From Yuukianura sp. NJ FZ-2021 (lineage: Eukaryota), in assembly GCA_046563655.1 (NCBI GenBank), contig CM102283.1, positions 7,874,001 through 7,938,000 of the forward strand: DNA of 64,000 nucleotides. Direction: 5' to 3'. Each line of letters starts with the position of its first letter. Position 1 is the stretch's first letter. The notes beneath the pieces are model-generated. The model was not told where the DNA came from. It was given only the letters and a program-made list of their open reading frames with translations, and ran no database searches. A program made the position numbers and the translations under genes. Below, piece by piece: positions 11,501-23,439 of this stretch.

Positions 11501-14500
11501 ATGGCTGAACCGGTTTTACGAACCGTGTCGATGGATCCACAGGGGTAAGTTTTTTTTTTCCAAATTATTCAAAATGTCGAAATTTCAAAATTTCTAAAAA
11601 ACGTGGTTCGTACAGAATGGACAACATTGTGTTTGTTGGTGACAACGAAGTAGAGTCAGGCGTTGGGAACGGTTTGATTGACCTCACCACAGAAACTGTG
11701 CTTCCGAAAACTGCGAATTGCCCCGAAGACTATGCAATTCACAACTACCGGAGACCGAGTATGCTTCAACTACCGTATCGGATTGCCATAACGGTCGACT
11801 CGGCATTCAAGAAGTTCGGAGAACTCAAGGCCCTTGATGGCGTTAACATGAACGTCCAAGAAGGAACGATGTAAAACTAACTTTGTTAACATTGTTAAAC
11901 TGTTAACATTGAAACAAATTAGGTTAACTAACCTAAACCCTTGATTACTTGTAATGATCATAGTTATGGACTCCTGGGAAGTTCTGGATGTGGCAAAACG
12001 ACTCTCCTCTCATGCATTGTTGGTCTACGTCAATTGGATTCTGGACAAATTCTGATTGGGGGAAAACCTCCAGGATCTCCTGGAAGCGGAGTTCCTGGAA
12101 GACTCATTGGATACATGCCACAAGTATGGCTAAAACTGAATCAAATTTTTAAAAAAATTTCGAAATTTCGAATTTTCAATTCAGGATATTGCCCTCAATG
12201 GAGAATTTACAATTCGGGAAGTTTGTCACTTTTTCGGCTGTTTGTATGGAATGACTAAAGAAAACATTGACAACCGCGTGGACAATCTTGTCAATTTGTT
12301 GGATTTGAAACAATCCAAAAAGGCTATAAAAAATATGAGGTTAGTTACACTGTAACTAATAAAATTCAATTATGTTTGTAAATTTCACTTTTTGAAAAAC
12401 TTTTTAGCGGCGGACAAAAACGTCGTGCATCTTTTCTCGTCGCGTTGCTCCATGAACCAGAAATTTTAATTCTGGATGAGCCGACGGTTGGAGTGGATCC
12501 AGTGCTCCGTTCTAAGTAAAATACACTTGTAATTTTTATTAAGTTAATTAATTAAGTTATTATATTAATACATATTATTACACATTTATGTTAACAGTAT
12601 TTGGAACCATCTTCGAGAACTTGTTGACAAAGTTGGCACGACTGTCATAATCACAACGCACTACATTGAGGTAACCAAAATTTAAAAAACGCATTAATGA
12701 AGTAGCGGAAGTCAAAAAAAAATTTTTTTTTAAATTAACTTAACCTTCATTGTATTGTAGGAAATGCGGCAAGCCGATACGGTAATACCCGGAAACCAAA
12801 ATTTCTAAATTTTTTGACTCAGAATCAAAAATATTTCAACTTTTTTCTTTTTCTAAAGGTGGGAATCATGCGCAGCGGAATTCTGATGACGGAAGGTTCG
12901 CCGCAGGAGTTGATGCGATCGCACAATGCCACGATGCTTGAAGATGTCGTACTGCACTACTGCCTCAAAACTGAAGATCCATACGACATCGCACGTCCCA
13001 CCACTGTGTCACGACGGAGAGCCAGCCGAGTCGCAATTGAAGAAATTGACATGACCAATCACAGTGCTCGACTCAAGAATACAAACGGCGCCGTGAATGC
13101 TGCCAATTATTCATCAGCTGTTAACGGATTTGCCATTCCAACTCCACAGAGTACTCGTCCGCGTCGTCCACCGAAGATCCCTTACATGGACAACTTAGCC
13201 TCAGAAGGGATCCAAACACACTCGTTGAACAGAATAAGGGCCCTGACCCTTAAGAACTTCTTGGTCATCATGAGGTCAATTGGCTTCCTGTTCTTTATCT
13301 TCGCTTGTCCAGCTCTGCTGGTGTCCATCTACTGCTATTCTATTGGTTCCCCACCAGCGGAATTAGGTTTTGGTGTGGTCATGGAGGACGGGTCAAAGTG
13401 TATTCTTGGAGCGAAGGAGCCCTTGAAGTGTGAACCGAAAAATTTGGCATGTCAGTTTGTGAATGCCCTGGAAGCGACTAACGCCTTTACATTGGTATAG
13501 ATTGATTTTCGGTTTTGGTTTCAAAATTTTGAAAAACTGAATTTTGACCTTGACCTTGACCCGCAGCAGTTTTATGACACCGAAGAAGACGCGTTGGTGG
13601 CGGTGAACAAGTCGAAAAGCTGGGGTTATGTCCATTTTGGAACGAATTTTTCCCAGCACATTTTTGACAGAACACTGGGCCAAATGACTGACAACGACAC
13701 GGTAGAGGGCGCCAAAATTCGAGTTCACTTGGACATGTCAAGTACGTTGAAAACGTTTAAAAATTAAAATTCCCGGGAATTTTCGGATTTGTAACAATTC
13801 CCGGGAATTCCCGGGAAATATTTTTGGGAAGATCTTTGATCCTTGATTTTCTGTTTTCAGCCATCACAACTGGACAAATTATTCAAAAATTGATTTTTGA
13901 AACTTACCGCGGATTTTCGACGTCCCTTTTGCTCAGCTGTAAAGTTGACCTCACCGGACGTGACCTCCCAATTTCGGTAAGTCGTGGCTCGACACCATAG
14001 ACTTTGATATTTCATTTCAAAATTTGAATTTTCATGTTCCCGCGCAGATTGAAAAACCGATTTACGGAGATCCCGCCAACTTAAAGTACAGAAACTACTT
14101 GGCACCCGGGATGACTACTGGATTTATATCGTTCATGAGCACTTTGACTTGTGGGTTGGCGTATATCGTTGAAAAGAAGGACGGAATGATCCATAGAACA
14201 AAAGTGGCGGGAGTTACGACCCTTGAAATTATGGTGTCACACTTTGTTCCTCAGTTTTTGATCATGACGGTACAAACTGTGACAGCGTTTGTCATTATGT
14301 TTGTGTGCTTTGACATTCCGCATGAAGGGTCCGTGGTTCTGTCCATCGCTGTTCTGCTTTACTACGGAATTGCTGGAATCGGTCTTGGTAAAACACGACA
14401 ACAAAAATTTAACCACCATTTTTGATTGATTTATGAAATTTTTGAAATTTTTCAGGTTTTACTGCTGCGACTTTGTTTGACGACGAGAAGAACGCCATGT

Positions 14501-14830
14501 TGTGTGCAGTTGGCATAATGTTGCCGAATTTTGTCGTGTCGGGAATAATATTTCCGCTAGATAGTAAGCAACTGCTCAAAAATTTACGAAACTGATTCAA
14601 TTATTTGAATAATTAATAATTTTCAAATTTTCCCGCCAGATTTCCCAGTGCCATTGAGAAAGATTGCTCTACTTGTTCCTGGGACGTTACCGTCGGAGAG
14701 TCTACGTTCAGTGCTTCTCCGTGGCTGGGGACTGTCCTTCTATTCAGTTTACATGGGATTCGTTTCGTCAACGATTTTTATTATTTTATACGCCATACTT
14801 ACGTTTGCAGTACTCAAAATTCGAAAATGA
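11501..14830 (+). CDS. ABC half transporter, NBD-TMD order, ABCH / ABC-2 type, about 793 aa. Exons 11501-11544, 11616-11870, 11964-12123, 12185-12339, 12408-12515, 12598-12670, 12761-12781, 12859-13494, 13567-13741, 13861-13976, 14048-14387, 14456-14563, 14640-14830
   Basis: Walker [11 protein letters not shown]-loop IGYMPQ, signature MSGGQKRR, Walker [15 protein letters not shown]-loop [27 protein letters not shown] and [25 protein letters not shown] and [15 protein letters not shown] are typical of arthropod ABCH. Exons total 2382 nt, in frame. Confidence 0.92.
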
Positions 14831-15014
14831 CGTTAAAATGAAACTCCTCCGATATATATACAACAATTTAATCATAAATATTCGACATGTTGGGTCAATT
14901 ATCAATAAATTTGCAGCCATTTTAGTGAAAATTTGAAACGGATAGGACGCAGTGTCTTTTAAAACACAATTGGAATTCTAAAAACAATAAGTTATTGTTT
15001 CAACAATTTAGAGA

Positions 15015-15830
15015 AACGCTTACATTTCTCAAATTCCCCAAAAACTACGGCGGGAACGGGAACAATTTGATTCGATACAGAAAATCGTAAGTTGTGGAAG
15101 ACAAAGAAAACTTTGAAAATGCCGTCGACTTTCAGAAAGCGACGGCCTAAATACTTGAAAATTGCGCCCAAAATTTGAATTGTGATTGAATTGTGAAGCG
15201 GCAACATTGGAGGAAATTGGGTTGGAATCATTTCACTTTCTATTTTGCGTGGAAGTGGGAAGTGGATTGTGAATCCCAATTTGTGATATTATTGTGAATT
15301 ATTACTCAACTTTGCACTCGGATTGCTTCTTCCCGTCTTTCATTTTCATCATACCTTTTTAACGTTGGTATATTCGCTATTCCCGTGGAAATACTGGGTT
15401 AAATTGAAGGTTATCTTCTTCGTTCTCAGCAGCTCCACTTCCCATTTTACTGTTAAAACTTCCGATGCCTTAAGTCATAGCGACAAAGTTATCTACTGAT
15501 GGCTATTGTCGTCAAAGTCAAAGTCAACAAGTCATCTGGAACAACATAAATCTATAAACAACCGGAGTCTAGTAGTTACGGACACCCAACAAGACGGGGG
15601 AGGTGGACATAGGACAGGACAGGAAGATACATTCCAAGGGGCTGCTGAAGAATCTTACTAAACGGGTGGATTACCATTTTGTGGAGACGAGTTAATCATT
15701 CTACATTTCGTAAGATCTTATGCCTAGTACGTCATACCTTACCGTTTCTATATTTCAGTTAAAATTCTAAGTATTCACATGATTCAACACAAAAGTTGAA
15801 CCTAAAAAGTAGAGTAGTATATTATTCTAC
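15015..15830. repeat. Duplicated intergenic segment, copy 1 (paralogous to about 18500-19290)
   Basis: Long shared blocks, e.g. TTTAACGTTGGTATATTCGCTATTCC, GTCAAAGTCAAAGTCAACAAGTCATCTGGAACAAC and GAGACGAGTTAATCATTCTACATTTCGTAAGATCTT. Confidence 0.9.
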
Positions 15831-16056
15831 TCAAGTCGTTTCTAGTGATCTGAAACATTTCTTCAAATTCCTTTTAGGTTCACCTCTGACCTCAATGAGT
15901 GGTCGTAGGGACATAGTCTACATATACCACAAAAAATACTCCCCTTATGATTCTGAACAAGTTTTATAAAAGTCATTTTTGAGGTTGTCAGGGGTGCCCA
16001 CTTCAGTTTCTGGACTTTGCAAACTTTCGAGTGCCAGATTTTCAAAAAATGCGACG

Positions 16057-17335
16057 GCAAGTTACCTTGTTCCGCATACTGGGAAGATAATAGCCTCTGG
16101 TGATATTCAAGAAATCAATCGATTTATTGCAGTTCATCTTAAACTGTGCCATTCGCAACGGAAAGAGAGTTCTGTTACAGAAATTATGTAAAGGGAGGAA
16201 GCCGTCCAAGAAACAAGAAATTGCAATTTTGACTAAAGTTATATTTATTCGTGAGATGCTGTTACTAATGTGGTTTTCATTTACAGTTTGACCTTATGAA
16301 TGCAACCAAAGACACGCTTCTGAAGGAAGACAAACTTGATGTAGCCGATCTTGAACCTGGCATTCCAAGTCATAGTGAAATTGCAAGTCTCAACGAAATC
16401 ATCCAGTGCTTATCCCAGGTAAGGATTGTCATTCTTGTGGTTCAGGTCACGGTTGAATTTGAGTATTAAGCAGACAATTTGATAGCAAAATCACGAGCTT
16501 AAGTTCAAGTTATCACAAATGGTTGAAGAGAAAGTAGCGTTGTTGACAAAAAACGCGCACCTAAATGCCCAGTTGACTGCCCACCTCAACGATCCTGAAT
16601 CAATCCATATTTCTTTGAAGCATCAAGAAGAGTACAAGAAGGAATGTGATAGACTACGAGAGGAAAACTACCGTCTGGAAACGGTTGCCTATGATTCCAA
16701 ACTAAGAATTCAAGTTATAGAGAAACAGTTGAGTGAAGTTCAACAAAAACTTGCCTTGAGTCAAAGTGTTCACGATGAAGCTCTCCGGAATAAAGATGAA
16801 CTGGATTCGTTAAGAGAAGCTGCCGCTAGAGTTCCACAGTTAGAAAATGCTGTTCAACTGTACGAAAGGAAGTTAGAGGCCGTGGATGTTTTGAAACAAC
16901 ACATAACGGAATTGGAAGAACAAAATTCAGCTTTGAACAAGGTAACACATTTTTTTTTCGAATTTTCTAAATTCCTTTGACAGTTTGCGTTTACGTCGTA
17001 AACTCGTAAACGTTCGTAAACTTTACGGACTTTATTTATTAATGCAGGCCAGCATTCCCCTTGAAGATGATATCCAAGAAGCGGGAACATGGAAAATGCA
17101 AATGGAAGACATAAAGAAAAAGCTAATCGAAACGCAACAGGCTTTGTCACAAGAAAACCAAAACTGTAATGCAAAAATCATGAAATCCGATGCTTGATCG
17201 AAGTTGAACTTTCGTTTTATGTTTTACTTGTTTACATTTTTTAGGTCGACGTCTTAATTTTGAACTGGAGCGTACAAGGGAGGAGTTGGGGAGTGTTCAA
17301 GCGTTGGCCGACAGAATTCAGGAAAGAAGAAATGC
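16057..17335 (+). pseudogene. Partial hook pseudogene: duplicate of hook exons 2-6 with introns (20263-21523)
   Basis: Near-identical to the intact copy but lacks exon 1. Has a +1 insertion (GATTTATTG vs GATTATTG), a deletion (GCCATTCGC vs GCCGTTAATTCGC), CAA changed to TAA, a lost exon-2 donor, and truncation at 17335. Confidence 0.9.
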
Positions 17336-18269
17336 AGATGAGTTCCGTAGGGGATGGGGATGCTGTTGTGATTTTTTCTTTAACTAGAGTGGCCATGAGG
17401 CAGCTTTTAAATAAAATTTTTGATACAATTCTAAAAGGCGTATAAACTGCTTTCATTTTGAAGTTTAAGCACGGTTTACACGAACTAAGAATTTTAAATT
17501 TACGTCTTCCAAAATTCCGAAGATTTGAAATTTGACAAAAATTTCATTATGTAATGCTAATCATAATCAAAATTAGTAGTTAGTAATTTAAAAAGCAACT
17601 GCACTTTCGCTGCGTCTCAGCACTTACTATAACAAAACTAATTTTCAGAGGTCAGTAATGTTAGATCCAAAGTATTTCTAATTCGCGAATTTAAACTCTG
17701 CTGTGAAACAAAATCTCCCCTAATTCCAAATAAATATACCAATATTAGAAACTCCTCTGATTGGCTCCTTCTCATTTCAGTCCTTCCACGGTTACCGTAA
17801 AACTTCGAGTAATGTGCAAAACTCGTTAATAGAGTTGAGTTTGGACAACTTCTCTTCTCGTCTTGCCTCCACTTGCGGGAAATTCGGGGTATAAGAGGGA
17901 GGAGAAAGAGGGGAGAGCGTGGTTTCTAACGATCAGTATTTTACTTTAGTTTCACTTTTGTTAACCAAAGCTAAAGTAAACTTAAACTTTAAATTACCTA
18001 GGTACAACTAAAGTTACTATCTACGTCTAGCCGTCCGAACCACTACTAGTATTCACAATTTGAAGAATCACAGATTATTGTCGATAGCTTTTCTGATAAA
18101 AAAAAACCTACTTTTAACTTTTTTCGTGAATTGGCGAAAATTTTTCAAAATTTTGAAAAATGACGCTTACAATTCATAGTAGGATTTGTAAAATATCCAC
18201 TTTTGTAAGAATCCACTTTTGTCTGTCCACTTCCGTTGGCAAGTCTTATGTGTTAGGTTATTAATAATA

Positions 18270-18377
18270 ACCCGCAGCACTTTTATAACACCGAAGAAGA
18301 CGCGTTAGTGGCAGTGAACAAGTCGAAAAGCTGGGGTTATGTCCATTTCGGAACGAATTTTTCCCAGCACATTTTTG
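18270..18377 (+). pseudogene. Relic copy of part of an ABC transporter exon (13559-13666)
   Basis: ACCCGCAGCA..ACACCGAAGAAGACGCGTT..AACAAGTCGAAAAGCTGGGGTTATGTCCATTT..GGAACGAATTTTTCCCAGCACATTTTTG occurs at both sites with few substitutions. Confidence 0.9.
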
Positions 18378-18380
18378 TCA

Positions 18381-18490
18381 AAATTGTAGCCATTCCTGAG
18401 AATTAGAAGTTTTTCACCAAGTCCAAATTGTAGCCCTTCAAGAGAATTAGAAGTTATTCACCAAGTCCAAATTGTAACTATTCAAGAGAA
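18381..18490. repeat. Short tandem repeat, about 44-bp unit, about 2.4 copies
   Basis: AAATTGTAGCC...GAGAATTAGAAGTT.TTCACCAAGTCC repeated. Confidence 0.75.
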
Positions 18491-18499
18491 AATCTATAA

Positions 18500-19290
18500 A
18501 AACGCTTTCGTTTCTCAAATTCCCCAAAATTCTCCAGGCGGGACTGCAGTGGGAAGAAGTTGATTCAAAATAAAAAATGTGTAAAACAAAGAAAAAATGT
18601 CAAATGTCAAAATGGCTTCGGCTTTTAGTAAACGGCTTCGAAAATGGCGCCCAAAATTTAGGAAAATGGCGGCAAAATTTGAATTGTGATTGTGAAGTGG
18701 CAACATTGGAGGTGAGTGAGTGGGTTTGATTCATTTCACTTTCTATTTTGTGTGGAAGTGGATTGTGAATTACTCAACTTTGTCCTCGGATTGCTTCTTC
18801 TTCCCCCTTTTATTTTCATCATATCTTTTTAACGTTGGTATATTCGCTATTCCTGTGGGAATAATGGGTTAAATTGAAGGTTATCTTCTTCGTCATCATC
18901 GCATATTCAAGACTTGGTCATCTCAGCAGCTCCACTTCCCATTTTACTGTTAAAACTTCCGATGCTTTAATTAACATTGACAAAGTTATATCTATTTACG
19001 GGGCCGCTGTTGTCGTCAAAGTCAAAGTCAACAAGTCATCTGGAACAACGTAAATTTCTAAGCAACTGGACAACGAACAAGACGAGGGAACTGGACAGCA
19101 AGATATATTCGAGGGAGCTGCTGAAGAATCTTACTAAACAGGTCGATTACCATTTTGTCGAGACGAGTTAATCATTCTACATTTCGTAAGATCTTGTAGT
19201 ACGTCATAGAACAACTTACCTTTCTATATTTTAGTTAAAATTCTAAGTATTTACATGATTCAACACAACAGTTGAACTTAAAAAGTAGTA
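18500..19290. repeat. Duplicated intergenic segment, copy 2 (paralogous to about 15015-15830), upstream of intact hook
   Basis: Same shared blocks as copy 1. Confidence 0.9.
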
Positions 19291-19638
19291 TACTACTCTC
19301 CTCTAGTCAACTGGAACTGATGAATCCTTGTTATGTGCCTTGACTATTAGCTGACTCATACAATTTATCTTGATCTGTCCTTATCGTTATTTGTTTCCTC
19401 TGAGAGCTCATGTAATAGTAGTCGTACTATTTGCTATTTTTATCACCATTTTTGTTTCCAAGTTCTCACGAGAGGCTTTTCGAGATATTCCGAACCATTT
19501 GGTGCCAGTGGTTTCAGTTAGTTGAATATCATAAAGTACTAGGAAAGTTATTATTGAAACGCCTCCCAGTTTGAACTTTAGTGTCAGTTCCAGTGTGATT
19601 GAAGTGTACAAGGAAATAGTTTAAGTAATCATCTGAAA

Positions 19639-22312
19639 ATGGACGATCCACAAAGATACATAAAATATTATATGCATTTAGACAAAATGGACCAGCGGGT
19701 ACGCGAGAGGAACAAGTGCTTGCTGCTTTGGATTGCTAGTCTTCCGACGTTCTACGACAGTGAAGTCTCACCTAATGTGGAACACTTTAAAGATGGAGTC
19801 ATGACTTCACGGATACTGAAGAACGTTATTGATCCGGAGTACTTTGGAGATTTGAATGACAACCCAAAAGAGTCCACAGCACTGGTCAAAGTTGTTGAGA
19901 AGATGAAGAAGTACTTAGCAAGACAGGTAAGTATGAATGGGAACTCGCCATTTCATCGAATGAATTATAACGAAGGAAATTCCCCGAAATAAGTTCCCCA
20001 AAACCAATTACAACGAAAGTTGATTTCCAAGGAAAGTTGATGTACAATGAAAGTTGAATTATAACGTTGAATTTCGTTCTAATTCTACTTTCGTTGAATT
20101 GGTTTCGGTAAAGTTCATTCGGGGAAATTCGCTTCGTTGTAATTCATTCGATGAAATGGCATCGGACCATATTCAATTAATTTACGTAATACTTACCGTA
20201 CCTAAAATTTTTGTTATATGGTTAAACTGGAGTTGGTTTTATTCCAGACTGGCCAACCTCCTGCAAGTTACCTTGTTCCGCATACTGGGAAGATAATAGC
20301 CTCTGGTGATATTCAAGAAATCAATCGATTATTGCAGTTCATCTTAAACTGTGCCGTTAATTCGCAACGGAAAGAGAGTTTTGTTACAGAAATTATGCAA
20401 ATGGAGGAAGCCGTCCAAGTAAGAAACAAGAAATTGCAATTTTAAGTAAAGTTATATTTATTCATGAGATGATTGTTACTAATGTTGTTTTCATTTACAG
20501 TTTGACCTTATGAATGCAATCAAGGAAATGCTTCTGAAGGAAGAGAAACTTGATGTAGCCGATCTTGAACCTGATATTCCAAGTCGTAGTGAAATTGCAA
20601 CTCTCAACGAAATCATCGAGCGCTTATCCCAGGTAAGAATTGTCATTCTTGTGGTTCAGGTCAAGGTTGAATTTGAGTATTAAGCAAGTAATTTTGATAC
20701 TTTTGATAGCAAAATCACGAGTTTAAGTCCAAGTTATCAGAAATGGTTGAAGAGAAAGTAGCGTTGTTGACCGAGAACGAGCGCCTAAATGCCCAGTTGA
20801 CTGCCCACCTCAACGATCCTGAATCAATCCATATTTCTTTGAAGCATCAGGAAGAGTACAAGAAGGAATGTGATAGACTACGAGAAGAAAACTACCGTCT
20901 GGAAACAGTTGCCGATGATTCCAAACTACGAATTCAAGTTATAGAGAAACAGTTGAGTGAAGTTCAACAAAAACTTGCCTTGAGTCAAAGTTTTCACGAT
21001 GAAGCTCTCCGAAACAAAGATGAACTGGATTCGTTAAGAGAAGCAGCAGCTAGGGTTCCACAATTAGAAAATGCGGTTCAACTGTACAAACGAAAGTTAG
21101 AAGCAGTAGATGTCCTGAAGCAACACATGAAGGAATTAGAAGAACAAAATTCAGCTTTGAACAAGGTAACATTTTTCAGAAATTTGTACATTCTCATTCA
21201 AAATTCGTACGTATGAACTTATATTTATGAATTTAGGCCAACATCTCCCTTGAAGATGACATCCAGAAAGCAGGAACATGGAAAATGCAAGTGGAAGACA
21301 TCAAGAAAAAGCTAATCGAAACGCAACAGGCTTTGTCACAAGAAAACCAGAAATGTAATTCAAAAATCATGAAATCCGATACTTGATCTATGTTGAACCT
21401 TTGTTTTATGTTTTACTTGTTTAAATTTTTAGCTCGGCGTCTTGATTTTGAGCTGGAGCGAACAAGGGAGAAGTTGGGCAGTGTTCAAGCGTTGGCCGAC
21501 AGACTTCAGGAAGAAAGAAATGCCTTAAACGCCCAAGTTGAAGACTTACGACTCAACTGTCCTGGCTCAGATCATTCAGCCTTACATCCCGATTCCGTAA
21601 ACTCCATCGACTTAGTTCCTACCGGTGCTCGACAACGCATAACTCGTTTAGAGGTTAGAAAAAATTAAATTCAAAGGCAAAAAATAATGAAAAAGCGTCA
21701 TTTTTAGATAATTTGTGTAACTTTTTAGCTCGAAAATGCCGAGTTACGCAAGAAAGTTAGCTCGGCCGTTTTAGTAACGACGGATGAAGGGTCTCGCGTC
21801 ATAGTGGAGGAATTGAGGCGACGCGAAGCCGAGTTGGACGAAGAGTTGCTGAAGAAGTCGCAGGATCTTGTCGATTTGAGAGCAATGTCGGAAGAGAAAA
21901 TTCGCGGGCTGGAAGCCCTAGTGGTGGCAAAAGATGAAGAACTCAAGAAAAAAGAAAATCAATACAGTAATTCATCACAGATTACTTTCAGATTAACATT
22001 GGAAAAGTTTAAGTTGACTATTTTTTTGTTACAGAGAAATGTATGGATAAGGCCAAAAGTGTCATAGTCACCTTGGAACCAACGGCAGCCGCTACAGTCG
22101 AAGTCCTTTCCGCCCCAAAATCAGATCCAGACTTAGAGAAAGCCCGTGCTGTTCGAGAAATGGAAGAAAAGCTCCTTGCTTCTGCTTTCTACAACTACGG
22201 AATCAGTTTGCATCGAACTGCCGTCGAAAATCGTAATACAACGTATCTGCAAAAGCAAAGAAGCAAAATCACCAACGCTGCAGCATCGGCACGGAGGAGG
22301 AGCGAATTCTAA
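19639..22312 (+). CDS. hook: Protein Hook homolog (dynein adaptor), about 633 aa. Exons 19639-19926, 20248-20418, 20501-20632, 20710-21165, 21237-21354, 21433-21653, 21729-21966, 22035-22312
   Basis: N-terminal Hook/CH-like domain (LLLWIASL..DGV..IDPEYF; RLLQFILNCAVNSQRKESFVTEIMQMEEAVQFDLMNAI), long coiled coil (RLREENYRLE, KDELDSLRE, LYKRKLE), and C-terminus KAKSVIVTLEP..REMEEKLLASAFYNYG..YLQKQR. Exons total 1902 nt, in frame. Confidence 0.92.
19947..20160. mobile_element. MITE-like inverted-repeat element in hook intron 1
   Basis: GCCATTTCATCGAATGAATTA...TAATTCATTCGATGAAATGGC; same family as 23131-23439. Confidence 0.75.
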
Positions 22313-23130
22313 CGTTCGGCTTCATTTTTCACAAGAGCACTAATACAACTTTTTAAGTTAATTTTTCACAAACGTGCCTCTCACCTTTCTGCCTTCTGAC
22401 GTCGACGATATTTATACACCAAGTCACACCAACTTCAAAATTAGCGCGGGAGTTCACATGAACCAAAGCAGCTGATTTGAATTTTAAGTCCACTTTTTGT
22501 CGTCTCTGGCTTACTTTTGACTCTACTAGTACTGGATACACTGGAAAACAGCGAATGACTGACTACCGTCACACATGCAATGTAACCACGCACTCCAAGT
22601 CCTAATTGTGGCTGAATGTAACCTTAAGTTGAAGAATTTAGCAGCCTAACAGGATCCGGCCTTGTGTAGTAATTACTATTTAAATTAATTAGTTTAGTTT
22701 TACTTTTACTAGGAAAAGGTGCAATTAGACAGAATTCGTATGCAGTAGGTAATATGAAACAAACAGGTTTTGTGTTACAGAGTTTTACAGCTTCCGGAAA
22801 CGCACCTCGCGAGTTACGGCTTTTGTTTAGACTTGAAAGTGCGGCGAAAAGTAATTTGAGAGAGAGGTATTTTAATGTAAACGGTTTTTTAATTTCTCTA
22901 TTTCCCTCGCACTAAACTTAATATACGTAGGTAGTGTTCAACTTTTTCAAAAAGCAGCTCAAATTCGGAAGATGCAACAAATTAAAACAAAAATCTATTT
23001 ACTAGAAACATTTTCATCAAAACTTTTCTTTTCTGTTGACATGTTTTCATTTTCTAAAATTGTGTTTTTAGTATGTTAGGTTTGTGATGGTAGCGCAGGA
23101 TTAGGTTTTTAGTACTTATGGCGGTTCAAT

Positions 23131-23439
23131 GCCATTTCATCGAATGAATTACATCGAAGGAGATTTCCCCGAAGCCAATTACAGCGAAAGTTGAATTACC
23201 CCGAAGCCAATTGCAACGAAACAACGAAAGTTGAATTGAAAAATAAAAGTTAATTCACTGAAAGGAACCGTATATAAAGTTACCAGTTTTATGTTTTTCT
23301 ATACTGTTCCTTTCAGTGAATGCACTTTATGTGTTGTTATAGGTTATTAAACTTGACGATCTCTTTCGTGGTAATTCTACTTTCGTTGTAATTGGTTTCT
23401 GGAAAATTCACTTCGTTGCAATTCATTCGATGAAATGGT
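23131..23439. mobile_element. Second copy of the same MITE-like family, in opposite orientation
   Basis: GCCATTTCATCGAATGAATTAC...GCAATTCATTCGATGAAATGGT. The outer flanks (TATGG../..TTCCC) mirror those of the hook-intron copy. Confidence 0.75.

Noticed and set aside
13770-13820. TTCCCGGGAA palindromic motif cluster in an ABCH intron (STAT-site-like)
   Set aside because: Looks like a small repeat remnant; no evidence for regulatory use from sequence alone.
14992-19230. Possible minus-strand gene in the duplicated spacer (ORFs 14992-15279 and 18515-18706; donor-like sites near 15740 and 19219)
   Set aside because: The frames I tried hit stops in both copies and gave no recognisable protein. 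At most UTR, lncRNA or a decayed gene.
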